NCBI RefSeq assembly: GCF_001194135.2
Contig: NC_068987.1
Coordinates: forward strand, 91,263,831-91,298,628
Direction of reading: 5' to 3'
Origin: Octopus bimaculoides
Taxonomy: Eukaryota
DNA: 34,798 nt
The notes beneath the pieces were generated by a model, which saw only the letters and a list, made by a program, of their open reading frames with translations, was not told where the DNA came from and searched no databases. Below are positions 1 to 10,269 of this stretch, in pieces (within the stretch, counting starts at the first letter, position 1; each line of letters starts with the position of its first letter). The position numbers were made by a program, and so were the translations under genes.

Positions 1-222
1 GGTGAGGGTGTGGGAGTAGGGTGGGGACGGGATGGGATATATTGAGATGGTGGGGTTGGAATGTGTAAGGGTGGAGTAAGGAGGGAGGGGGTGACGATGA
101 AGGGAGAGGGTGGAAGGGAGAAGGTGGGTAGGAATGAAGAGAGGAAGTAGGTGTCAGAGCAAGAGAGGATAGGTGGGTGGGAGGAAGTGGGTGTGAGAGG
201 AAGAGAGGAGAGAGGAGGAGGG
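1..222 (+). repeat. G/A-rich polypurine tract, probably the pyrimidine-rich 3' UTR of the adjacent minus-strand PLE; G-quadruplex motif at 6-36
   Basis: Strongly G/A-biased. Six G3-4 runs (6-8, 12-14, 19-21, 23-26, 29-31, 34-36) with 1-4 nt loops. Directly follows the PLE stop codon on the minus strand. Confidence 0.6.
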
Positions 223-488
223 TTATATGATGAGGAGAGGAGAGTTGAGCCCATGTGGCGCAAAGGAGCGAAGAGGGAAGATTAATCCCTGTTCACGGTG
301 AAGACGGGAGTACGGATGGTCCCTGTGCAAGGACAATTCGAACACAGATAGGTGTTGTAAAGAATGACTGGCAGAGCGGAAATGGTGCGAGATCGGGGTG
401 TCATTGCCGAGATGTTCCGCAAACCAGTCAGCCAAGCGGCGTCCAGTTTGACCGATGAAGAACAGAGAAAGCAGGAGATTATATATAT
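223..488 (-). mobile_element. Penelope-like retroelement GIY-YIG endonuclease C-terminal fragment (decayed)
   Basis: Minus strand reads IYIISCFLC, then after a frameshift FIGQTGRRLADWFAEHL...HFRSASHSLQHLSVFELSLHRDHPYSRLHREQGLIFPLRSFAPHGLN*. This matches the PLE GIY/YIG-x-T-x-R-L..R..EH and RE..LI..L....P.GLN motifs. It is truncated at 488 by a SINE. Confidence 0.85.
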
Positions 489-630
489 TCTTTTATTCTC
501 TTATTCTGTTACTTGTTTCAATCATTTGATTGCAGCCATGCTGGAGCACCGACTTTAGGCTAGTAAATCGACCCAGGACTTATTCTTTGCAAGACTAGTA
601 CTTATTCTATCGGTCTCTTTTGCCGAACCA
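489..630 (-). mobile_element. SINE family A, 3' tail fragment
   Basis: cttttattc...acttgtttcaatcatttgattgcagccatgctggagcacc...tacttattctatcggtctcttttgccgaacc is the reverse complement of the family A tail seen at 950-1320, 13528-13660 and 32200-32336. Confidence 0.85.
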
Positions 631-1320
631 AGGTGTACCACTGCATGACACTTTGGGCAAGTGTCGACTACCGTTGCCTCGAACAGACAAAAGTCTTGTA
701 AGCAGATTTGTTTGACGGAAATTGAAAGAAGTCCGTCGTATATATATANNNNNNNNNNNNNNNNNNNNNNNNNNNNNNNNNNNNNNNNNNNNNNNNNNNN
801 NNNNNNNNNNNNNNNNNNNNNNNNNNNNNNNNNNNNNNNNNNNNNNNNNNNNNNNNNNNNNNNNNNNNNTATATATGCGTGTATTTGTGTCTGTGTTTCT
901 TCCACCACCGATTAACAACGGGTGTTGGTGTGTTAACATTCTCGTAACCTAGCGGTTCGGGAAAAGTATCCGATAGAATAAGTACCCGGCTTTAAAAAAA
1001 ATAAGCTCTGGGGTCGATTCGTCTGACAATAATGTTTTCTATGCTAGGCACAAGTCCTGAAATTTTTGGCAGGATTAGATCGACTCCAGTACACAACTGG
1101 TACTTAATTTATCGATCCCGAAAGGATCAAAGACAAAGTTGACCTCGGCGGAATTTGAACTCAGAACGTAAAGACTGACAAAATACCGCTAAGTATTTCG
1201 CCCGGCCTGCTAACGTTTCTGCCAGCTCGTCGCCTTTCATTCGACAATAATTCCTCAAGGCGGTGCTAAGGGGTGGCCACGGTCTAATGACTGAAACAAA
1301 TAAAAGATATAAGATATATA
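631..1320 (+). mobile_element. SINE family A (tRNA-derived, CORE-like; recalls octopus OR-type SINEs), 5'-truncated, with internal TA/TG microsatellite and gap, interrupted by a family B SINE
   Basis: ccactgcatgacactttgggcaagtgtc...gaaattgaaagaagtccgtcgtatata matches 31931-32035. The tail (agcggttcgg...gatagaataagtac...gggtcgatt / caaggcggtgct...aatgactgaaacaaataaaagata) is split at 1033/1237. Confidence 0.85.
1034..1236 (-). mobile_element. SINE family B (tRNA-derived, with a central gcctttcatcctttcggggtcgataaattaagtaccag domain resembling the Meta-SINE domain), nested in family A
   Basis: Reverse complement aligns end to end with 12226-12448. Flanked by a degenerate 16-bp direct repeat, ttcgtctgacaataat (1018-1033) and ttcattcgacaataat (1236-1251). 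Confidence 0.9.
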
Positions 1321-1888
1321 TGTACTTACAGGCATTGCTATTTGGCCAAGAAGGAATAGTTTTTTAGAAATCGTGTGGTTTGTGGTATGAGTTCACAGCA
1401 TGGATTCGTGGTCATGTGATTTCCTGTATAGCAGCTGCTTCTGTACCAACGCATTGTTCGTGAAGCTCACCAGGCGGAACCCGCGCGAAATATCCTGCTG
1501 TTTGCATGTACGTATGTGTATGTATTTACATAAATGCATATACACTCACACATACATACATACATACATACATACATACATACACACACGCATTTATACG
1601 TATTTATGTCTGGATGTTAATAGCTGTTTGATTATGGTAAATGGCGTTACTGTTTTTTGTAATATTTATTTCTTAAGAGGAGATAATCCTTTAAAAGATT
1701 GTAACTTAATAGGCGAAACAACTTGTTAACTAGAGAGTTGATTATAAGGGAGTCCCAGACTAAATATTTGGATCAGCAGAATGGACCAAAAACGAAATAA
1801 ATTAATTAAAAAGACAGGTTGGAGACGCAGTTCGTGCATGAAAAGGGCAATAAATGAATAACGGAACAGTTAAATAATACACACACAT

Positions 1889-1901
1889 ATGTGTGTATGT
1901 G

Positions 1902-1933
<32 letters not shown>

Positions 1934-1956
1934 TGTATGTATGTATGTATGTATGT
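1889..1956 (+). repeat. (TATG)n microsatellite, equal to the (CATA)n 3' tail of the adjacent LINE
   Basis: Direct reading. Confidence 0.95.
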
Positions 1957-2360
1957 CATTATTCAGTTTCATTTCAAGATTTCATTTCAAAATCACCAAC
2001 AGGGTATTTTTCTATGTATGTTTTGTTTTATGTATGTATTCTCATACATATAGTTGCATATCTAGATATGCTCATATATACTTAAATGATAAACCTCTGG
2101 CAAGTTTTACAGATTTCTACAGTTCCAGTGATGGATTGGATCTCTAGTCTTTGAATTAGCTTTCTCTTTTCTAGTTTTCAGAAGCTTAATTTATCAAGAT
2201 TGGTACTTAGGCAGTTTGCCCCAATAATTACAGGTATAATTTTGAACTTGTATTCTGGATAGATTATCTGCATAGTTCAGTATAGGTGTTCTCCTTTTCA
2301 CTGATCTTCAGCTTTATGTTAACATCCGCTGGGCAGCTAATCTCCACAACTGTGCACAGT
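1957..2360 (-). mobile_element. 5'-truncated non-LTR retrotransposon with restriction-like endonuclease (R4/Dong-like), C-terminus plus 3' UTR
   Basis: Minus strand: LCTVVEISCPADVNIKLKISEKENTYTEL, frameshift, QIIYPEYKFKIIPVIIGANCLSTNLDKLSF*KLEKRKLIQRLEIQSITGTVEICKTCQRFII* (stop 2082-2084). This contains RLE motifs (E..CP.D, EK...Y, P.IIGA, Q....GT). Flanked on both sides by (CATA)n. Confidence 0.8.
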
Positions 2361-2418
2361 GTATGTATGTATGTATGTATGTATGTATGTATGTATGTAT
2401 GTATGTATGTATGTATGT
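2361..2418 (+). repeat. (GTAT)n microsatellite, 5' flank of the LINE
   Basis: Direct reading. Confidence 0.95.
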
Positions 2419-2465
2419 GTTCATCTATTTATCTCTTCCTACCTCTCTCTCTCTGTATGTACATT

Positions 2466-2582
2466 TCCATCTAGCAAGTTCACTCACAAGTCTTTGGTTG
2501 GCCTGAGAATACACTTGATCAACGTGCTGCGAAACCACGTGACTGTAAAGCGAGATCCTTAACTACGCAGCCATGCCTGCGC
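2466..2582 (-). mobile_element. SINE family A head fragment (degenerate)
   Basis: cactcacaagtctttggttggcctgag...acacttg...aactacgcagccatgcctgcgc is similar to the reverse complement of 31871-32010. Confidence 0.65.
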
Positions 2583-2755
2583 ATGCGCGCACACGCACTC
2601 ACAAGACACACACACATATATAGGCATACATGTTATTTTGCTTGCTATAATTCATATTCTGGTTTCAGTCATTGCTCTCCTCATATGGGGACAACCTCTT
2701 CAACCTGTCTTTCTTTTCATTATACATACATGTACGCATTATGTATGTATGTATG

Positions 2756-2789
<34 letters not shown>

Positions 2790-2919
2790 TGTATGTATGT
2801 GTTGGTGTATGATCTTGTGTTCATATGTATAGCTCTGCTTTTCTGTGCGCGTTGGTGTATTGTATTTAACAATGATAACACTAATATCGTGTAACAAAAG
2901 CAGAGACACAAATACAGAA

Positions 2920-3030
2920 CACAACAAGAGCAGTAGCGGCGGCGGCAGCAGCAGTAGCAGCATCAACAACGACAAGAGCAACAACAACAATAACAGTAGC
3001 AAAACCAAAACGGCTAACAATAATAATACA
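2920..3030 (+). repeat. Compound trinucleotide tract (CAG/GGC/CAA/AAT)
   Basis: Direct reading; source of the poly-L and poly-S ORF artefacts. Confidence 0.85.
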
Positions 3031-3466
3031 ATCCAAACCAGAGACAGCAATAAAATGGTAAATTCTATGGAAATATCCTTTGAAGTCGATGTAAAGACGC
3101 CCAAACTATATGCTTGGGAGATTCTCTGTTAAGCAAAAGGAAAGTAAAGTATAAAATGAACAAAATTAGTCAAGCGCTTACGAAAACAAAAATTAATTCG
3201 AAGATGTGAAAGCATACTCTGTGTTTTTTTTTGTTTTGGCTTTTGTTTTTGTTTCTGCCAAGACTTCTAATGTTGGTTAGTTACTAGTGGCGCCACCATC
3301 GTGACAGATTCGGTTATAACGAACGCCAGTTGCATCGGACCAAAAGAACCAACAGCTACAAATCATGTTCACTAAAACACGAGATTTTTGCTCAACCAAG
3401 GTTAAAACACAGTAATTCATTTACTTGAAAGAGAGAGCGAAACTGAACGAAATAATAATGAGGTTG

Positions 3467-3467
<1 letters not shown>

Positions 3468-3529
<62 letters not shown>

Positions 3530-3619
3530 TTAATAATAGTAATAATAATAATAATAGTAATAATAATAATAATAATAGTAATAACAACAACTATAATAAT
3601 AATGATAATAATAATAATG

Positions 3620-3664
<45 letters not shown>

Positions 3665-3667
3665 GTA
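3468..3667 (+). repeat. (AAT)n microsatellite
   Basis: Direct reading. Confidence 0.95.
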
Positions 3668-3719
3668 ATCTTTTGCATTCATATATATGCACGCATACAT
3701 TCACGGGTGTAGGCGCACA

Positions 3720-3738
3720 TATACATACGCACAGACAC

Positions 3739-3809
<71 letters not shown>

Positions 3810-3960
3810 CACATAAAAATACATACATATATATACACATACACATATGTATATCTATGTGTATATCTATATCTACATCTATATCTATATCTATACACAC
3901 ACACACACACACACACGCACACACACACACATATTATATAAATACACACACACACATATA
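3720..3960 (+). repeat. Compound (AT)n/(AC)n microsatellite
   Basis: Direct reading. Confidence 0.95.
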
Positions 3961-4299
3961 TTTATATTTATATATTTATTTAGTATATCAAGAACGAATC
4001 TACTTGAGTTTCGTTCATAATTAAGGAAATGTTTATGTATACATTTACACGCTCGCACGAACACGAAATGCATACACACGCGCACACACGCAAGAACACG
4101 CATGCACACCTGCGCACACGCACGCACAAGACACATACGCATGTACACGTGTAAAATATCTACCGATTATGGTGTCACTATCTCTTCATTTTTTTACGCT
4201 CAAAGGCTTCTTCTTTCATACAGTTTGAATAGGATAATACATTAAATAGAAATGATAGAACCATCTATATATTAAGTAGAAATGATAGAACATCTTTTA

Positions 4300-4430
4300 C
4301 TCGGCAGCTCATTACCTTAACTGTTAATGCATCGGCCGAAATGTCTTGTGGTATTGATTGTGCTCTTAGTTCAAATGCTGCTAAGGTCAACTTTGCCTTT
4401 CATACTACCAGGATTGAGAAGTATATCAGT
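4300..4430 (+). mobile_element. Highly degenerate SINE family B
   Basis: ttagttcaaatgctgctaaggtcaactttgcctttcat resembles the family B B-box and central domain. Confidence 0.5.
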
Positions 4431-5208
4431 CTAATACAAGAGGAAAAGTAATGAGTCTTGCATGAGTTTAGAAGCAGTTAGGGTTAGTAAGTAGAAAGAA
4501 CAGCTTCTGATCACCATTCTATGGAAATGATGTATTTTCCGGGATAGGTCTTGAACAGGTCTATAGTTCAAATAGAATTTTATAGAACTTGTGTCTGCAG
4601 TTACCTTTTCTGGGTTTCAATAGAGGAAAAATATATTTTGAACTTCCACTAAAAAAGAAGGAAAAACAAAAAGATAACAAAATATATTCTATTGACTCTA
4701 GCGTGCGCAAGTTACAATGTCGTGTGCGGGGCAGCTCTTATCAGGATCTTCTAATGGAGATCTTATGCTATATTGTTTTCATTGAGTCACCAAAAGTGGA
4801 CAGCGGCGTGTTTCCTTGTGGGGATTATGACCATAATGTGTTTTGACATCTAGTATACACTCTGTAGCAGTTGTTCGTTATAACATTGTACGGCAAATGT
4901 TAACAGAACTGTACTTACATAGAGAGCGTTTTCATCAGAGATCATGTGCTGGAACTAAAGCGATTACAGCACGGAAACACACAAAGAACGTCGACTGCAA
5001 ATGAAGTTGTGTTTCTGAACAGCTTTCACACTGAAGTTGCATGAATACGTTGTTAGGCGCAATGGATTTAGAGTGAAGAAAACATTGCCTGGGAGGATTG
5101 CTTAAGTTGCACTTGTTGATATTTATCAAGTTACTATTCCTAAGTCAGGCTGCGGTCAATATAAAGATCCTCACACGGGAAAAAAAAAATTAACCAGCCT
5201 GGTGGGTG

Positions 5209-5930
5209 TTAACAAGTGTGTGGAAAAAAATACGAAAGAAAAATGCGCGCTGACGACCCTAGGGGGTGGGGGTGGGAGAGCGGACTTTCGGAAAATTCAC
5301 GAGTTCCGATTTTTCCGTCATAAATTCGGGTAAAATGGATATATATTGATTTTTTTTGTTACGGAATCCCACGTTTTTGGCTATGGAGGATCCGATTCTG
5401 AAAATTTTTTTTTCAAAAATCGCATTTTCGAAATTTCATTGTTATCGCAGTTTTGTGAGATTTGGGTGTTATTTCTAGCATGTGGATAGCCGGCTTGAAG
5501 GCCTGAGGGTATATATTCTTTTTTTCTTTCTTTTTTTTCTTGTTGAAAAATTGAAAATTTACAAACAAATTTTTTTTTCAGAATCATAATCTTCGTATTT
5601 TTCTACGTATTTTGCAAAAAAAAAAGAAAAATTCCGGAAAGAGTGACAAATGAAGGTGTATGGGTGTTTGTGTGTGTGTGTGTGTGTGGAGGGGGGGAGG
5701 GATTAAAATTTGGAAAATGCGATTTTTGAAAATTTATTTTTCAGAGTCAGATAACCAAAAACGTGGGATTCTGTAAAAAAAAAAAAGAAAAAAAAAATCA
5801 ATATATATTCATTTTACCCGAAGTAATGACAGAAAAATCGGATCTTGTGAATTTTCCAAAAGTCCCCTCCCCATCCCGAGGGTCGTCAGCGCGCATTTTT
5901 TTTCATATTCGTTTTCCACACACTTGTTAA
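5209..5930. mobile_element. Non-autonomous DNA transposon (MITE/foldback type) with about 220-bp imperfect TIRs and TTAA flanks
   Basis: 5213-5436 (caagtgtgtggaaaa...atgcgcgctgacgaccct...ggaaaattcac...cgggtaaaatg...gaatcccacgtttttgg...ttcaaaaatcgcatttt) is the reverse complement of 5706-5926. TTAA at 5209-5212 and 5927-5930. No ORF. Confidence 0.9.
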
Positions 5931-6007
5931 TTGTCAATTGGTCATGCTATCGTTATTAATGCAATAATTATTACAGTTCTTATTACTATAAATTTTGTTG
6001 TTATTAT

Positions 6008-6240
6008 TAAGGCGGTGAATAGCGGCGAGCTGGTGGGATTGCTAGCATTCCGGACAAATTGCTTAGCAACGTTTCGTCCGTCTTTACGTTCTGAGTTCAA
6101 ATTCCGCCCAGATCGAGATCGACATTGCTGTTATTATTTCAGAGTTAATAAATTAAGTACCAGTTAAGCACTAGATCGATGTACCAACTTCCCACTTCCA
6201 TCAAAACTACTGGCTTTCCCCCTAGAGCAGAAAAGATTAT
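6008..6240 (+). mobile_element. SINE family B, first copy of a tandem pair
   Basis: aaggcgg...gcgagctgg...gttctgagttcaaattccgcc...ataaattaagtaccagtt...cctagagcagaaaagattat. Confidence 0.85.
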
Positions 6241-6474
6241 TAAGGCGGCGAGCTGGCAGAATCGTTAGCGTGTTGGACAAAATTACTAACGACAGTTCTG
6301 CCAAATCTTTATAGTCTGAGTTCAAATCTCGTCTTTCAAAGGCCAAATTCACTTTTCATTCTTTCGGGGTCGATAAAATAAGTACCAATAAAGTACTAGG
6401 TTTGATGTAATCAACTTACTCCTTTCACTCAATACTGATGGCCTTGTGTCAGAATTAGAACAATTATAATTATT
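6241..6474 (+). mobile_element. SINE family B, second copy of a tandem pair
   Basis: taaggcggcgagctggcagaatcgttagc...ctgagttcaaat...ttcggggtcgataaaataagtacca...gccttgtgtcagaattagaacaattataattatt. Confidence 0.85.
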
Positions 6475-7337
6475 GTAGTATCCATTTATTTTAGCAATAC
6501 TATATGAAGTAATATCGGGTGCTATAGCAGTTTTATAGAGAGGATGAGAGTTACGGAATTACGGTTGAAGACCTTACTGTAGTTAAGATGGTGGAGAATG
6601 CTAGTTTAACAGAGTGAAGAAGATAGCAAATGGCTTAATAAATTCAAGGTTATGTGGTGGATTATACCACGTTATATTCTTCAGTATTTTCTTGTTTCTG
6701 TTGCTACGTACCCACGAAGCATTCGGTATGTAGAATGTTCCTCAAATCTGTTGCATTTAAATGGGTTCATTTTTATAAAACGCTTGGTTGTTGAAAATGT
6801 GAACATTAACAGACATCATGTTGAGTCTCCAAGCTCATGAAGATTCAGCACATCATATTTAATTTGATTTTAGTGATAGATATAGGGAGGTTAGTGTGTT
6901 TACTGATGTAATACAGCTTCTTTCATTAGCATTTATACATGGGTAACACAAGTTGTTATCTAAATCTCGGATTAAATCCAATAAATTTTTACTTTGACAT
7001 TAGAATCTAAAGCGATTTGAAACCCTTGTTCTCTATAGAATTAGTGGAAGTTTTTCCTAATCATGTCTGAACTGTGATTGTTACGATTAGTAACAGTAAT
7101 TAATTCGGAAAAAAATCCATATGTATAACCTAAAATATCCAGTATTACCGCTAATGGACAAATTTTAGCGAACGCAAGTTATAAATTATGAGCATTACAT
7201 GTTAAGCTCATCCATCAAACATGTCGAGCATGAATCACTGTACAAATCCTAAAATTAGCTCAATAGTTGATTCACACACGGACGCATACGCACACACACG
7301 CACGCACCCGCGCACACACACACACACATGTATGTTT

Positions 7338-8284
7338 NNNNNNNNNNNNNNNNNNNNNNNNNNNNNNNNNNNNNNNNNNNNNNNNNNNNNNNNNNNNNNN
7401 NNNNNNNNNNNNNNNNNNNNNNNNNNNNNNNNNNNNNNNNNNNNNNNNNNNNNNNNNNNNNNNNNNNNNNNNNNNNNNNNNNNNNNNNNNNNNNNNNNNN
7501 NNNNNNNNNNNNNNNNNNNNNNNNNNNNNNNNNNNNNNNNNNNNNNNNNNNNNNNNNNNNNNNNNNNNNNNNNNNNNNNNNNNNNNNNNNNNNNNNNNNN
7601 NNNNNNNNNNNNNNNNNNNNNNNNNNNNNNNNNNNNNNNNNNNNNNNNNNNNNNNNNNNNNNNNNNNNNNNNNNNNNNNNNNNNNNNNNNNNNNNNNNNN
7701 NNNNNNNNNNNNNNNNNNNNNNNNNNNNNNNNNNNNNNNNNNNNNNNNNNNNNNNNNNNNNNNNNNNNNNNNNNNNNNNNNNNNNNNNNNNNNNNNNNNN
7801 NNNNNNNNNNNNNNNNNNNNNNNNNNNNNNNNNNNNNNNNNNNNNNNNNNNNNNNNNNNNNNNNNNNNNNNNNNNNNNNNNNNNNNNNNNNNNNNNNNNN
7901 NNNNNNNNNNNNNNNNNNNNNNNNNNNNNNNNNNNNNNNNNNNNNNNNNNNNNNNNNNNNNNNNNNNNNNNNNNNNNNNNNNNNNNNNNNNNNNNNNNNN
8001 NNNNNNNNNNNNNNNNNNNNNNNNNNNNNNNNNNNNNNNNNNNNNNNNNNNNNNNNNNNNNNNNNNNNNNNNNNNNNNNNNNNNNNNNNNNNNNNNNNNN
8101 NNNNNNNNNNNNNNNNNNNNNNNNNNNNNNNNNNNNNNNNNNNNNNNNNNNNNNNNNNNNNNNNNNNNNNNNNNNNNNNNNNNNNNNNNNNNNNNNNNNN
8201 NNNNNNNNNNNNNNNNNNNNNNNNNNNNNNNNNNNNNNNNNNNNNNNNNNNNNNNNNNNNNNNNNNNNNNNNNNNNNNNNNNNN
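7338..8284. other. Assembly gap (largest of eight). Others: 749-869, 8937-9424, 10377-10521, 15430-15909, 20326-20675, 22727-23148, 24535-24776
   Basis: N runs; most are flanked by TA, CA or CCA microsatellites. Confidence 1.
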
Positions 8285-9424
8285 TATATAAATGAGATTA
8301 ACCGGAAAACTAATGAAGAGGAAATAATTTGCATACATATCAGCCTGGACGTTAATAATATTTCGGCCGAATGGACAAATGGCAAATCAACACAATTTAA
8401 AATTCACATTTACTGATAATGTTTTGTTTTACGTTAGTCCCCGACTGAAGAGGCCAATGTCTGTGGCGTGATATTCTGTCGTCCATTTGACAGAAAGGCC
8501 TTAACATCTGATGTAATATGTAAATTATTTTATTACATCTCTTCACTAATTTTTCGGTTCATCTCCCTTATTAAATATACGAAGCAGACACGTTTAGCCC
8601 TCGTTTTCGTATAACTATGTCTGTACATCCTATATGACTTGTAACTCATTTGTAGCATATGTTGAATGATGGGTCTACTTGTATTTAAGTAAGCTGAAGA
8701 GCATTCCAGAGAGGAGACATTGTTGGGGCTTCAATCACTAAAACTGTGGAACTGTTTTATGTTTGGAAAGATACAGTTTCTAAAAATCATGTTGGCATTC
8801 GAAAACCAAGGTAAGACCAGTTTTCGCCAGCACAATGGGATTTGTGCTTTCGGCATTCTGTGAGCACGACGTTAAGAATGTGACAAAAGAAAAAAGAAAA
8901 AAGAAAAAAGAAAAAAGAAGTTTAAAATATATATATNNNNNNNNNNNNNNNNNNNNNNNNNNNNNNNNNNNNNNNNNNNNNNNNNNNNNNNNNNNNNNNN
9001 NNNNNNNNNNNNNNNNNNNNNNNNNNNNNNNNNNNNNNNNNNNNNNNNNNNNNNNNNNNNNNNNNNNNNNNNNNNNNNNNNNNNNNNNNNNNNNNNNNNN
9101 NNNNNNNNNNNNNNNNNNNNNNNNNNNNNNNNNNNNNNNNNNNNNNNNNNNNNNNNNNNNNNNNNNNNNNNNNNNNNNNNNNNNNNNNNNNNNNNNNNNN
9201 NNNNNNNNNNNNNNNNNNNNNNNNNNNNNNNNNNNNNNNNNNNNNNNNNNNNNNNNNNNNNNNNNNNNNNNNNNNNNNNNNNNNNNNNNNNNNNNNNNNN
9301 NNNNNNNNNNNNNNNNNNNNNNNNNNNNNNNNNNNNNNNNNNNNNNNNNNNNNNNNNNNNNNNNNNNNNNNNNNNNNNNNNNNNNNNNNNNNNNNNNNNN
9401 NNNNNNNNNNNNNNNNNNNNNNNN

Positions 9425-9471
<47 letters not shown>

Positions 9472-9790
9472 ATTTTTTGTACACATATAAGACACCATTG
9501 TCCAATGTATCCATTGCTAACATTTAAAGAAAGAAACTTACAACAAAGTGAAATAACAAAGAGAGAAAAAAGAGAAGAGTGAAAGAAAGGTGGAAATATA
9601 GAGCGATGTGCTTTAAACATATTTTATGACTTAAGAACATTCATAAAAAAAAAATAAGCAAAATTTATAAAATAGTGAAATAATAAAGTATTCTGATTTG
9701 TTCAACTTACAGCAATAGATGAATAATATTTCGTTCGTTTCTTTAAGCTTATTATTGCTCTAACAATAATGTTTTGACAGCGAAAATTAG

Positions 9791-9850
9791 ATTGGCAGGC
9801 GGAAGTGACAAAGAATTGAAACTAAATTTAAAGATGGCGGCAGGAAGCGG
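9791..9850 (+). promoter_or_regulatory. Candidate TATA-less promoter motif cluster (reverse CCAAT, ETS, YY1)
   Basis: ATTGG 9791-9795, GGCGGAAGTG 9798-9807, AAGATGGCGGC 9831-9841 and CAGGAAGCGG 9841-9850, all in non-repetitive sequence. Confidence 0.35.
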
Positions 9851-10231
9851 GAGATGTGATCGCAGTGAATAGGAATATTACATAATGTGGTGTAGCTTTT
9901 GAGTGAAGAAGATGGCATTGAAAATGGACAATAAAAGCGCAATTTTATTAAGATATTTTAAAAGTGGAATGGTGGATTGATCCAAAAGGATGCTGCTTGG
10001 TCATACGCATACATACATACATACATACATACATACATACATACATACATACATGCCTACATACATATATAAATACATGCATACATAAAGAAGAAAATAG
10101 ATGCACACATACATTCAAACATGCATATGTACCTACTTGCATACATATATATATATGATATAAAATCTATCTTTCTATCTATATTTATATATACATACAT
10201 ATACATATATATGCATACATGCTAATGCATA

Positions 10232-10269
<38 letters not shown>

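Noticed and set aside
1330-1500. GC-richer unique segment with a minus-strand GTAAGT donor and a plus-strand CTTACAG acceptor
   Set aside because: All frames on both strands contain stops across the segment; it is not supportable as CDS.
3421-4148. Poly-I, IY, CV and THT ORFs, also at 1891, 2359, 21290, 22438, 30444 and 32268
   Set aside because: They are translations of microsatellites.
7221-8416. Long ORFs of 340-376 aa in the ORF track, and similar ones over the other gaps
   Set aside because: They consist of N-derived X residues; these are assembly-gap artefacts.
8440-8510. CTGAAGA-GGCC...GAAA, a possible hammerhead
   Set aside because: Stem II pairs poorly and neither a stem I nor a valid cleavage context can be formed.
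8710-8810. Plus-strand candidate exon RGDIVGASITKTVELFYVWKDTVSKNHVGIRKP ending AG|GTAAGA
   Set aside because: The donor is good but the acceptor is weak, the protein is not recognisable, and no partner exon was found.
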